Shown piece by piece: positions 12,839 through 24,838 of a stretch of DNA of 64,000 bases. The DNA lies in the NCBI GenBank assembly GCA_016748015.1, contig JAAOMT010000571.1, forward strand, positions 1,119,095 to 1,183,094, written 5' to 3'. Within the stretch, counting starts at the first letter, position 1, and every line of letters starts with the position of its first letter. The stretch is from Geosiphon pyriformis uo1. Taxonomy: Eukaryota > Fungi > Glomeromycota. A program made the position numbers and the translations under genes. Under the pieces are notes generated by a model, which made no database searches, was not told where the DNA came from, and saw only the letters and a program-made list of their open reading frames with translations.

Positions 12839-15800
12839 TATAAGAGATTTGAAATAAAAGAAAATTATTTTTGGTGTATGGGTTTTTATGTTATATATAT
12901 ATATTTTTTTTTTTGTTTTTGGTGAAATTGTTTCTAAATTATAAGGGAATAACTAGTAAAATTAAATTAAGTGTTTAGGTTGGAAGGTTGTTCAATGACA
13001 ACTATTGGTTTTAAGTTTCAGGGAATATCTTCGGGATTAACTAAAGGGGAATGTATACCAATTTGTGGAATTAATAGTTCAGGATTGTTTCTGAAATGAT
13101 AGTGTTTCAAATGATCTCCATGTGCAACTTTTGCTAGGATTTTGTCATCAAGTCTTAGCTTGTATGATCCGTTGCCTAGGACTTCATGGATAAAAAATGG
13201 TCCATCCCATTTATTTTCAAATTTTCCACTCCATTGTTTTTCAGCTTTAGTTCTGTGTAAGAGAACTTTGTTTCCGATTTTAAATTCATTGGTGACTGGA
13301 GGCAATTTGTCATCATGCCATTTTTTTTGTTGAGCTTGAGAGTGTTCAATATGGGTGGCTGCTATTCGTTGTTTTTTTTCCAATGTGCTAAGCAAAGTGT
13401 AGGCTCTTCGCTGAAGCATTTCTTGGAAATTGTTTTCATCGATTGGTTGTGCTGAGTATGTTTCCACTGTGAAACTAATTGGTAATGTTGCTGTTCTTCT
13501 GTAAGTTAAATCAAATGGTGTGTGTTTTGTGGTATTTTGTTTTAGTGTTCTGTATGCTAGCAACACTGATGGAATAAAGATATCCCACTCTTGCTCAAAA
13601 TCGGTTGAGACTTTGGCTAATGACTCACACAATGTTCTATTAAAACATTCCATAAGTCTGTTTGTTTGTGGATGGTAGAACGAAGACAGAGGTCTTTTGA
13701 CATTGAATTGCTCGCAAATTTCTTGTATCAGATTGTTCACAAAGTGTGTCCCCTGATCGGATAAAAGTTCAATTAGACATCTGTGTCTACAAATGATGTC
13801 TTTGTAGATGAAATTTGCTACTGATTTCACATCTGCTCGTTGAATGGCTCTGGCTTTGGGCCATTTAGTAAGATAGTCTACAGCTACTGCAATATAATGG
13901 TTTCCTTGAGTGGTGATAGATAGTGATCCGACTAAATTGATACCAATTCAGTCAAAGGGTTGTCCAACTTTGATTGGATTTAATGGTTCAGTAGGATATG
14001 TTTCTCCTCTTCTTTGACAACTATCATAAGATTCGACATATTTGTGAATGTCTTTTTTCATTCGAAGCCAAAAGTAGTATTCTAGTGTTTTTTGGGTAGT
14101 GCTATCTTTTCCAAAGTGTGCTGATGAAGGATCTGAGTGCATGTTGTATAATATGGTCTCTTTTTCCTGTTCTTGTATTAATCTGAGTGGTTTGTTTGGG
14201 TTTTTGAAATTTCGATGATAAATAATGTTGTTGTGTAGAAAATATTGTTTGGCTTGTTGTTGTAGTCAATGTTTTTCATCTGGAGACCAATCTGTTGGGA
14301 TTGTTAATGTTTCCAAATATTGTTTGAGATTGTTGTAGTTTTCTGAATTCATTGTTTGTTGGCTCTTTTGGTTGGTTAAGTTGAGTGTTGGTTTTTGTGT
14401 TTTCTAATCTTGTCTCATTCTAAAGAAACAGTTAACATTGGTGTGGAGTTTTTCTAGTTTGTGATGTACTATGTATCGATAGTTTGCTAGAAATCCTGTC
14501 CATCAAATTTGTTTTGCATTCAGCTGAGTATTTTTGTTCTGAAGCCATTAGAGTCTAATATTATCAATGATAATATCGAATTTTTTAGGTCTAAGATAAA
14601 AGTTGAAGTGGTGTAGGATCCAAATTACAGCTGCTGTTTTTAGTTCTGTGGCAGGGTAGTTTTTTTCAGCTGGTTTTAATATTCTGCTAGCATAAGCAAT
14701 TACTTGCTTATTTCTGTTGTCATCTAGTTGTGATAAGATGGCACCAAAGGCAGTATATGAAGCATCTATAGCTAGTCAAAATTGGTTGCTGAAATCTGAG
14801 TAGGCGAGAATTGGAGCTGTTATCAGTTTTTTCTTGAGAATTCCAAAAGCTTTTTGGTGTTTGGTAGTCTATTTGTATTCAACGTTTTTGGTGGTGAGCT
14901 GGTTGAGGGGTTTTGCAATTTCCGAGAATTCTTTAATAAACTTCCGATAGTAGAATGCTAATCCTATGAATCCTCTTAGTTCTGTAGTGTTTCGAGGAGT
15001 TTTGAAGTTTTTGACAATGCTGATTTTTCCAGGGTCTGGTTTGATTCTATTTTTACTAACAATATGCCCAAGAAAGGCCAAGCTTGTTTTTCCAAAGTAG
15101 CATTTTTTGATGTTAAGTTTTAGTCCTGCTTTTCGTAATCATTGAAAAACTTCTTGCAGATGTTTTAAGTGTAATTTGAATGATGAAGAATAAACATCAG
15201 TATCATCAAGATAAACGACTACTGACTTCCAAAGAAGTCCTTGGTACACAACATCCATTAATCTTTGAAACGTTGCTGGTGCATTGCATAATCCAAAAGG
15301 CATTACATTGAACTCATAATTTCTGTCTTGGATGGTGAATGCTGTCTTAGGACAATCTTTGGGATCCATAGCAACTTGCCAGTAACCACTTTCTAAATCT
15401 AGTGTTAAAAAGTAATTGGATTTTCCAAGGGCATCTAACATGTCATCAATCCAGGGAAGGGGGTAGGCATCTCCAATTGTAATATTGTTGAGTTGTCGAT
15501 AGTCAACACAAAATCGGATCTTTCTATTTTTTTTTTTAACTAGCACTACAGGTGAAGCCCAAGGACTCATGGAGGGTTGGATGAGCCCATTGTTAAGCAT
15601 TTATTGTACTTCTTCTCAAATAAATTGGTGGCTTTCTGGAGCAACTCGATATGCTTGTTGTCTTCTGGGTTTGGCATCTCCTGTATAAATTTGGTGTTGG
15701 ACCAAATTGGTTCTTCCTAAGTCATTGTTGTTTTCAGCGAAGATATTGGCAAATTCTGCAATTAGCTCTTTGAGCTGAGTCTGTTGTTGTAGTTCAAGTT

Positions 15801-16242
15801 GTTTTATGTTGATTCGAAATAGTTTTTCCATAACAACATGGTAGTTTTTGGAGCTGGAGTTTGGATTGATTTTTGGTAGTGAATATCCAATAATTTCAGA
15901 GAAATCGGGAACTGTTTGGGGTAATTCTTGTTGAAATATATTACTGTGAATAACTCCAATTTCTAAATTATTTAATAAAATTATGGGATAATTATTGGGG
16001 TTGTAAAAAGTAACTCAGACTTTCTTTGTTCCTTCTGAAATATAAATGTTTGGAATCAAAATATTATGTTCCAAGCAGACTTGTTCATTGGACTCAAAAA
16101 TTTGTTGTGTGGTTGCTGGCTTTGGGCAGGTGTAGATTTCCGGATGTTCTCCAAAGGGTGAGATGGTAATTGGTTATGAAAGTCTGAGAATCTGGTGGAA
16201 TTTGTTCTGTGTATTAAGAGCTATATTAACTGGAACTGTAAA

Positions 16243-16680
16243 TCATCCAGTTGAACCAAAACCTTGGGTTCCTCTATCACTTTTTTCTAATTGTTCTCTT
16301 TGATTGACTAGTTGCAAACTCGAAATGTTGATTAGGGGTAGGTAAATAGCTTGGGCAATTTTTTCAGCATGTTTGATCTTGAATGGTTTGTTAATTTCAT
16401 TTTGAAGCATCACTGTAATGTCTCCAGTATATCCAGCATTGATTATTCTTCCTCTGACATTGATTCCTTTGCTTGCCAAAGAGGACTGGAAGATGATTTG
16501 AACTATTGCTCCTAGCAAGATTTCAAGTGCAATTTTGAGGTTGATTTTTGTGAGAGATTTGGGTTTGAGAACAAGAGTATCCTTGCCTGGATATCTTAGG
16601 TCATATCCAGCATCAATTTCATGTGCTTTTTCAGGTTTTATTCCTTGTCTGTTGTTGTTGAAGTATTTAAGTTGTAAGGC
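16243..16680 (-). pseudogene. dUTPase domain in element A pol
   Basis: All five trimeric dUTPase motifs are recognisable: AGYDL, (R>Q)SSL, INAGYTGDI, IAQ, RGTQGFGSTG. Confidence 0.9.
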
Positions 16681-19600
16681 AGGCTGATTTTTGATAAGAT
16701 AGATGAGTGTTGTTTCAATTTCTTCCATTGCTTCAGGTTCTTCAAATTCAATTTCATTCTCATTATTTTCACTGGACAAGAGGATACTAAGAGCATAGCA
16801 TTCAGAACACCACTGTTCATCACAAGGCATAATGTATTCTTCACATAGCCTAATGTTTATTTGCTCTAATCATTGAATTTGAGCTTCTTGGGTTGGGTAG
16901 ATGTGACTTGCAATTTGGTGGTAGACTTCTACTTCGTCTTTGTAATCGAATCCAGCTAATTCTATGATGTATTTAATGTATTCTGCTTCCTTCATTTGAT
17001 GAACATCTTCTTTGGTAGCTTCATTAATTAATGCCATTGCTAGGTCAAAAATCATCTCAGCATCATGGGGATAGTGATAAAGTTTATTGAGAGCACTGTT
17101 GTATGCCGCATTAAAGAGTGTTCCTCTTTTTACTTTTTTTGAAATTGATAAAGCATATTGGCAGGTCTGATCATAGACTCCTTCTCTCATGGCTACATCA
17201 ATCTAATTGCATTCTTCCAGTAGCATATTTCCACAAGTCAAACAAGCAGTGTTGTCCCATTTTCCGCTCCTTTTTATTAGATGGCCCCATTGTTCTCTGT
17301 GGCAAGTCTTGCAGTAATAACAAGTATGATTTTCATATTTTTCTTCAAGTGAAATGCAGGCTCCCATTGATGATAGTTTCTTGTGGCAGTTCTTACATTT
17401 AAGGGGAATATAGGGGCATTGTTTCCTTGGTTTGGGTTTTGAGTAAAGGATATTCCATCTAGAGGTTTCAGATTCAGAGTGTAAGGTAAAATGTTCTTGT
17501 TTTGTTTCATCAGCCCAGTTGGACATTGATCCAAGAGCCATGAATGTTTCAATGAGGGGTTTTTCCTCTTCCAGTTCAAATTCAAAAGCTGGGGCTTTTT
17601 CAAAGCATTTGTTGAATGTACTACAAGTGGCAGGTACCCAGGCATGTTGTCCTTGGTAGGAGATTGTTAACTCTTGTGTTTCCCAATTCAGATTAGCATT
17701 GGCTTTTTGAAGCCAATCATTTCCAATGAGAGCTTGGTACTGGGGTGTGTTCATTACAAGAACTTTGACTGGAATGGTGATTCCATCAAGAGTGAACGGA
17801 AAATTGTCAATTTCTCCTACTGGGGTCTTTTTCATGCCATCGGCAGTGACGATTACTGTTTGAGCTGGTCGGTCGACATTTCTCTTCAACTGTTGCATTA
17901 ACTGGTAGGTGATAATGCTTCCAGCAGATCCACTGTTTAAGATCAAGCAAATTGTCTTTTTTTTGACTTCTGCTTCAGTGTATATAGCCATGATTGCTTT
18001 TTGTTCATTGGTGGCTGCATTGCTAAGCAGGAATGGTGACTCATTTATTTTGAACTTAAAAGGGAATATATCTGAAAGGTTAGCATTTTCAGCAATTCTG
18101 GCTGGTGGGATTGTGGTGGGAGTATAGGAAGGGTTTTGTTGTTGTGCTGTAGCTCTACCTTCCAAGGGTGCAGTATGGTAAAAATTCTGTTCTTCTGGCA
18201 TTGTTAAATAATTGGGTTGAGTGTAGTAGTGGTTGAGTCTTGGTTGAATAGAATTTCAGGAAATTAATTGGTTGTTCGAACTGATTTTATTGTTGTTTAC
18301 TTGGTACCGGTTTTGTGGTGTGAATTGATTTTGTGTAATCAGTCTTCAAGCAGGTACTTAATAATGTTGTGTGGGTGGTTGTTGGTATTGCTATTGGATT
18401 GGCTGTGAGACAGACTAATAATAGTTATTTTGGTATTGGAGTCTTGGTGGATAGTAAACTAGTGATAGTAGTTAATAATAAAATTGCTATGGTGGAGGGT
18501 AACGTTAATTACTCCTATTTTGTTGGTCTTGTTGTAGCTTTCTGCAATCTCTTTTCCAGTGGCCAGAGATTCCACAGTAATGGCAATTCTGAGGCTGGTT
18601 ATTGGAAAGTGGTGCAAAGTTATTTTGATTTCGTCTTTGGGGTGGTTGATATCTTTGGGGTTGCTGTTGTTGTTGATTGGTAAAATAGTTTTCAACCTTC
18701 TTTGTGAGTTGGTCAATTTTTTCTTCAGCTGCTGAGCTGGTTTTTCCAATTGCCAAATTTACAAGTTTTGTGTGATTGGCCTTTTCCATGGCCATTTCAT
18801 ATCTTTTCGCATGCTGTATAGCAGAGTTTAAATCTTCTGGCACATGTGGGCGAACTTTTTTAATTAGTTTATCTTTTAGATCAGCAATAAATTGATCCAA
18901 GATTTGAGCATCGGAATAATAATCATTTGTTTCAAGTTGGCGAATTTGTCTGAGAAGTTTGTTGAATTTCCTGATATAAGTCATAACAGATTTGAAGGGT
19001 TCTTGTTTGATATTTCGAAAACGATTGCAAAGGGTGATGGAGGTATTATTGTCAGTGAACTGTTCAAGAAAGGCTGCTTTGAAAGCATTCCAATCATTGA
19101 ATGGAGCAGCCAAGTTTTCAAACCATTCTCCTGCTGTTTCTTTGAGAAAGTAGGGAATTGTTCTTAACATTCTAGCAGCATTCCATCCATTTGCATCTCC
19201 AGCTTTAGTAACTTGGTCGAGCCATTCTTGGGGACTGGTCTCAATGTCTTCTCCATTAAATTCAGGGATTTTTGCAATGTATGTTGTCATTTTATTTTCT
19301 TTGTTTTCACTGTTTATTGATTCTTCTTCAGATATTTCAGGTTCGTTTTTTTCGTTCGCTGCTGTCTCAAAATGTTTACTTTGATTTTCAGCTAGAAAGT
19401 CAAGGAGATTGGAACTAGTTTAAAAGGGTTTTTGTTGTCTAGTGAGACTTCTGAGTGATGTAAAATCTTTTGGTCTTGTAAATCAATTCAAGGGTGAATT
19501 AGGTGTTTGTGTTTGTACAAGTGAAGCTGGAAAAGATGTAATAGTAAGTGGAAGTTTTGAACTGGTTCCTTGTTCAGAGGTTTGTAAATGTTTGGCAGTT

Positions 19601-20050
19601 GTTTTTGGTAGTGTTGGAGTATTTGGGATGGTTTTTGAGTATTGCTTTAATTTGTTTTTGCCTTTGTTGCTTGTTTCTGTTTCTGATTCAAAATTAATAG
19701 AATATTGAGACTGCACTGGATATGTTTCTTCACAGTATTTGATAATGTTAAAATTAAGTTCGTAAAAGTAAGTGGCAAGTGTTTTGCTGTTAAGGTCTTC
19801 AGTTCCCAACTGTGAATAGTGTGCTAAATTATTGTAAAAGTTGCTTCTAACTTCTAAGATATTGTAATTTCCAAAAAGATAATTGTTGATGCGGTTTTCA
19901 ATGTATTGGTATACTGATTTCTTGACAACTTCAATTCCATCTGAAATGTTAAATCTTTGCTTGCAGTGGGTGTAAATTGATTGGTAATACTCTAGAGTTG
20001 TTGCATCTGGTGTGGTCACCACTTTAAATTTTGTTGTTGCTGTGTTATTT

Positions 20051-20066
20051 CCGTGAAAGAGCACCA
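20051..20066 (-). promoter_or_regulatory. Primer-binding site of element A (TGGTGCTC..., tRNA-Ile(UAU)-like)
   Basis: TGG begins 2 nt after the LTR end. The tRNA identity is inferred from the GAGCACCA 3' end I recall for eukaryotic tRNA-Ile(UAU). Confidence 0.75.
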
Positions 20067-20068
20067 AA

Positions 20069-21049
20069 TGTTACCAGAGGTTTTTGGTCTCTTTTTTTGA
20101 ATGTTGTTAATGTCTGTTTATTGTGAATTCACATTTCCAGGAAGTAGTTGGACCTCCAGTAACTGAATTTATCTTCAAATTATCTCCTATAATTTGAACT
20201 TGCTGGGCTTATGAGTGGAATGACCAATTCTGTGCCAGTTGCTTTATGTAGTTACGTTGTAGTAAATGTCAACTCTTTTCCAAGAATTGCTTGTCTGGAA
20301 GCTCACTAAAAATGTGTAGTTACTTTGCTGTGAAAGTCAACTTTTCTACAAAAATCTTGTCTGTAGGCTACCCTAATGATTGTAATAAGAAAATAAAAGA
20401 AAAATAAAAGAAATGTAAAAGAAATAGGATTTTATCAAGGGAAACGTTTTTCTATTCAGGCCTGGAGTCACTAACAGTTTACTGAAATTGGTAGCTAATC
20501 AATTTCAAAATGTTAGTTGGGTTTTGGGGATTTTCCAAGTGCAATAATTAAAGAATTTGGTTTTTTAAATTATTTGATATTTATTTCTTTTTGTGTGTGT
20601 AGGAATGGTTCTAAGTGATAAATCTAAAGTAAGATACATTTTCTCAAAGAGAGATGCTCTTCTTTTATACAACTTGTCATAACACTATTCTATGAACTTG
20701 AACTTTGCTATTTTCTATAATTTTGCTAAACTAAAAATACATTTCGGCAAACTACAAGTTATTTTTACAAACTATTAGATATTTTGGTGAACTATCAATT
20801 ATTTCGGTGAATTTCTACAAATTTCGGCAAACTTTTGAATGTTACATAGTTTGGGGTATTGCATGATTGATCATTGCAATTAGGTTACATTTGTGTTGTG
20901 TACAAATTGGGTTATTAATTTAAATAATAATTTCGGACATTTTGTTAATGTAATAAGTGATAATTTGAAATGATAATATATGCTAATTAATAATAGGATT
21001 TATAAGATAATTTTATGCTAAATAATATCTCTAATTTCATCTGGTAACA
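20069..21049 (-). repeat. Element A 5' LTR (981 bp)
   Basis: Direct repeat of 11179-12150, followed on the minus strand by TT-TGGTGCTC (PBS). Confidence 0.95.
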
Positions 21050-22394
21050 TTGTCATTCACTACTAAATAATCCAGAATCACCTTATGAAAAGACTTGTTC
21101 AAAATACTCTTTATTATGCCTCTTTTATTCAAACTAAAGCTTTTCATGTATTTATTAATCATCTTTCTAATAGACACCTTTTCAGCCAATCTCGACTTAT
21201 AAAGCTTAGACTTTTTGTACTTTTTCTGAATCATTAACAAATGCTTAAGAATATCCATTAATCTTTTATTACAATAAATTATATTCATAATCTTGTAAGT
21301 CTCATTAAAATTCAGAGATAATCATTTCTTAATAAGATACTCAAAACCAGGCATATCCTCTGAGCTCAATCTCTTAACAACTTTGGCAACTAACAATTCT
21401 AACCCAAAAAATTTAGAAGAATGTTTGTTTCTTGAACACTGCTATGTACTAAACCAATATCTGAAAAATGTTTCATTGGTTGATTTCACTATTATTCTTT
21501 TCAACAATTTTCACATTGTATCTAATTTACCACAAGCTTTTGTCACCAAGAACTCACCCTCTATTGCAGACAACTTAACCACATAACACTCCCTAAATTT
21601 CACCCATTTGGCACTATCTGTATCTTTGATCTTAAATTTTCAATAGTTCTTGTTAGTTTGCTTGCACAAGTTATTCAAATGAACATCCACAAGCCTGCCC
21701 AAGTTAACAGACACCATGACAGCTTTATAATCAGTGTCGAAAAAGCCAGCAACAAAGCCAATCTTATGATTAATAACAGTTAATGACAAATTTCCACTAA
21801 CAAAAATATAATCAATAGTTCTTTTAACTCTTCTTGAATTGCTTTACATAAAAGCTTTGGCTAAATAATATCTAAAAAACAAATTAACCAGACCCAAATC
21901 CAAACAGAATTTGAAACTTGCATTCCTTTTCAACTTATTTTTGTTAAAATTACTACTTAAAACCACAAAAGTGCTGGAGTTGACAGTCTTTGCAATGAAA
22001 AAATTTACTTCTGAAGCCAATCCAAACCTAGCATCAAACAAAGCACCAGCATATAAACTCAAAACCATAACTGAAAGCTTGCCTTTAAACAGAAGCTGCA
22101 CTGAAATAACCTGACCAGAAATTTCTTCCATCTTAGAAACATAATGAGCCAAAGAATTGTTCATAATAATGGCCACCTCAGCACCAAGAAAACTTTTTTT
22201 CAATCCAAATATAAAGATACATATATTTTCAAACTTATTAGAAATCCATGATTTGACACTTGATTGCAACTTAATCTTTATGACAACAGATACCATATTA
22301 TCTAAACTCATATACCAGTAAACAACATTCTCCTATTTGGCAAAAACATTGATACTTCAAATATTGCACATAGCAAATTTCCAAACCAACTCAC

Positions 22395-24459
22395 TTATTG
22401 AAACAAAGGAAGAGCCAACAAACCCAAACCAAAACACAAATAATCTAACTTTTTTAAAACTAAACCAATTAACACTTTCAAAACTACCATTTTTGATTCC
22501 AAACTACCCACCTTGATGGTCAGAACTTTAAAACTACTTAAACTGAAGTTTGTAGCTACATTAACAACAACTGAAAGAGGAGAAGCAGACAAAGCCAACA
22601 CATTATTCAGAACCATATTCAAATCGAAATCAGAAACCAAAGACACAGATGTAACTGGAAGAGAGACATAAGAAGGGAATGTCAAGAGTACCAACTTAAT
22701 AAAACTTAATTTTTTCAAAATCCCAGACATCTGATCAGCCAAGAGCTCTATAAAGTGCTTTAAAAAGTCCAAATAGTTATTTAAACAAGAAATGTTATAA
22801 GAACCAGAAGCCACCAAAATGGGTTTTGCATTCAAAAACAAATTAACACCAAAAAAATTCAATAAAACTACTTGAAAAGAAGAACCACCAGCAACTTGGG
22901 CCCAAGTTTTGCTATTAAAAGAAACTGGGTGAGAGATAAGCACCTATTTTTTCTTATAAATATTGGCCAAACAGACCTGATTTTAAGAAAAAACCACCTA
23001 CTTATTACAAACACCAGAATTCTTACTCACTGAACAATCAACAGAAATATGACCAAATTGTTTATATTAGGTGCAGTAAGCCAAAAAAAAACTAGCCCAA
23101 TGCAAATTTACACTCTTAAAAACAGAAACAAAACTAATAGCAGTCACTCTAGATGCCTTATTATCAAAACAAATTACAGCACACTTATTGCAAACATATG
23201 TAACTAGATTGCGGCCAATAATACAAGTTCTCTTACCATAAAAAGCCAAAAGATTAGAGAAATTATAAGCAGTAGAGCCAATTGGCAATATATACAGCAA
23301 AGCTTGATGTTGATCCTTGAATATCCACATTTGTCTATTGCCAATAGCTTTTGTTACATAAACAGAATCCTTTCTTATAAAAACAGACCACTTAGCTGCA
23401 ACCAAATCAGCTATTTCAGATGATTCATATTCTACTAGAGCCTTTTGCTAGAGACCAATTAATTGCATTTTGATAGATATTACCTTACTAAATTTGGAAA
23501 ACACAGATTCTATAACTGATTTGAGAAGATTGACTGGAATTTTTTTAACAACAATTTCCTGATCTGAGTGTTTATTTATCTGCTTAACATCATTATTAAC
23601 TAAAATTTTTTCACTAACAGCCAATTTTTTTGTCTTTTTCTAACTTAATTCAGATGTAAAAGATAATTTAATAATTCCTGAGAATTTTGAGAAAGTTAAA
23701 GTTCTCCCAAAACCATCTATATAATAAAAAAATTTTTTAACAAAAATTAACTTATTATTAACAATCTTACCAGGCACTGCAGAAAGCTTAATATTAAGTA
23801 CAAATAACTTAACCAAATTAAAACTCTGTTTCTTCGATACACATAACTCGACTGGCAGCAACTAATTGAACCCAGTAAACTTAAAAGAAAAAAGCTTTAA
23901 GACCTTATTATCATTGCTTATGTCACTATATAAAGGCACTTTTGGTGGACAGTTCAACATATACATATGTGTATGAGTCTTCTTTGGAGTTGTTTTGTCC
24001 ATATTTTCATTATTTGTTGAATTATCTGACTTTGTATAACTTGTTTTCTTAACAACTGTTTTTCATATTTTTGACATCTGATAGTCTACTAACACTACTT
24101 ATAATACTGCCAACATTACTTCCCTAAGACACTACAGATTTAATACTGGCAACACCAATATTTTTTAAGCTCAGAGAGCCAGCAGATGAGTCAACCACAT
24201 CACTAGTCACTGGCATTTTCGGTTTCTTGTAAGACACATCACAAGAGTAGATAATGTCCACATGCTTCTTTTTTGCATTTGAACAAATTTCCAAACCAGT
24301 CAAACCAATTCCAAAACCATCAGCAGATGTGCTCACAGGTTTTATAATGACAAAAACAAAAGTATCTGAAGAAATAACTAATAAAGAAAGGGGAAAAAAA
24401 GAAAAAGAAAAAAAAAATGCTATATCTTTAACAAATTTTTTTGCTCTCATCATAAACAA
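22395..24459 (-). pseudogene. LINE L1 ORF1 pseudogene (RRM-like + zinc knuckle + coiled coil)
   Basis: ORFs 24124-24459, 23640-23861, 23067-23405 and 22395-22943 are homologous to L2 ORF1 (KWSVF..KDSV, CIIGRN, KTWAQVAG). Confidence 0.82.
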
Positions 24460-24838
24460 GGAATCAACAAGAGAAAAAAAATTTTCTTAAATTTTTAACA
24501 CAAAAATAAAAAACTTTTTTTAAAAATTATAAATATAAAAAAAAAAGCTTTTAGTTTTATTAATTTATTGTTTATAAAATTTGTTATTATATTTTTATAT
24601 TATTTTTTGTAATCAAATTTTATTAATATTGTATATATATTATTTAATTTATTTATTAATTATTATTTAACATAATATAATATAACAAAATATGTTTTTT
24701 GTATGCTGTCTAATTTTATGAACAAGTTTTTGGTTAATTTGTTTATATATATAATAAAAACTGTTTATAAAAAATTGTAAGTAATAATTAAAAAATAGTT
24801 TTATAATAAATTTTATTTTAATGTTTATTATTTATATT

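Larger units (their letters stand above)
13018..20067 (-). pseudogene. Element A gag-pol polyprotein pseudogene (Gag-CCHC-PR-Cys-rich-dUTPase-RT-RNaseH-integrase)
   Basis: ORF fragments starting at 20067, 19290, 18201, 17190, 16830, 15831, 15600, 15081, 14142 and 13830 are all in one frame (~2350 codons), separated by stops. Motifs: CHYCGISGHWKRDC; LILNSGS (PR); AGYDL and RGTQGFGSTG (dUTPase); YLDD (RT); SDQGTHF (IN); KWDGPF. Confidence 0.93.
11179..21049 (-). mobile_element. Full-length Ty3/Gypsy LTR retrotransposon, family A (dUTPase-bearing)
   Basis: LTRs 11179-12150 and 20069-21049 with TGTTACCAG...CTGGTAACA termini; TSD TTGT at 11175-11178 and 21050-21053; PBS 20051-20066; PPT GAGGAGGAGG 12154-12163; domain order PR-RT-RH-IN. 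Confidence 0.96.
7832..22398 (-). pseudogene. LINE L1 ORF2 pseudogene (endonuclease-RT-RNase H-zinc finger), split by the 11179-21049 insertion
   Basis: Motifs QGEVFLP (RT), IFVDN (decayed xVDD), AELQA/DSQA/WVKIKGHSGxxGN (RNase H) and APE fragments at 21844-22311. Many nonsense mutations. Confidence 0.88.
7694..24490 (-). mobile_element. LINE copy L1 (ORF1 + APE-RT-RNaseH-CCHC ORF2), decayed, interrupted by Gypsy A
   Basis: Poly(A) near 7694-7703 and a conserved 3' UTR. ORF2 remnants lie at 7832-11178 and 21050-22398, ORF1 remnants at 22395-24459. Removing A plus one TTGT restores ...VILDYLVVNDKLVLE.... Confidence 0.9.

Noticed and set aside
13018-13300. Chromodomain at the integrase C-terminus
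   Set aside because: Only the GPF/SH3-like tail (KWDGPF) is visible; there is no chromodomain motif in A or B.
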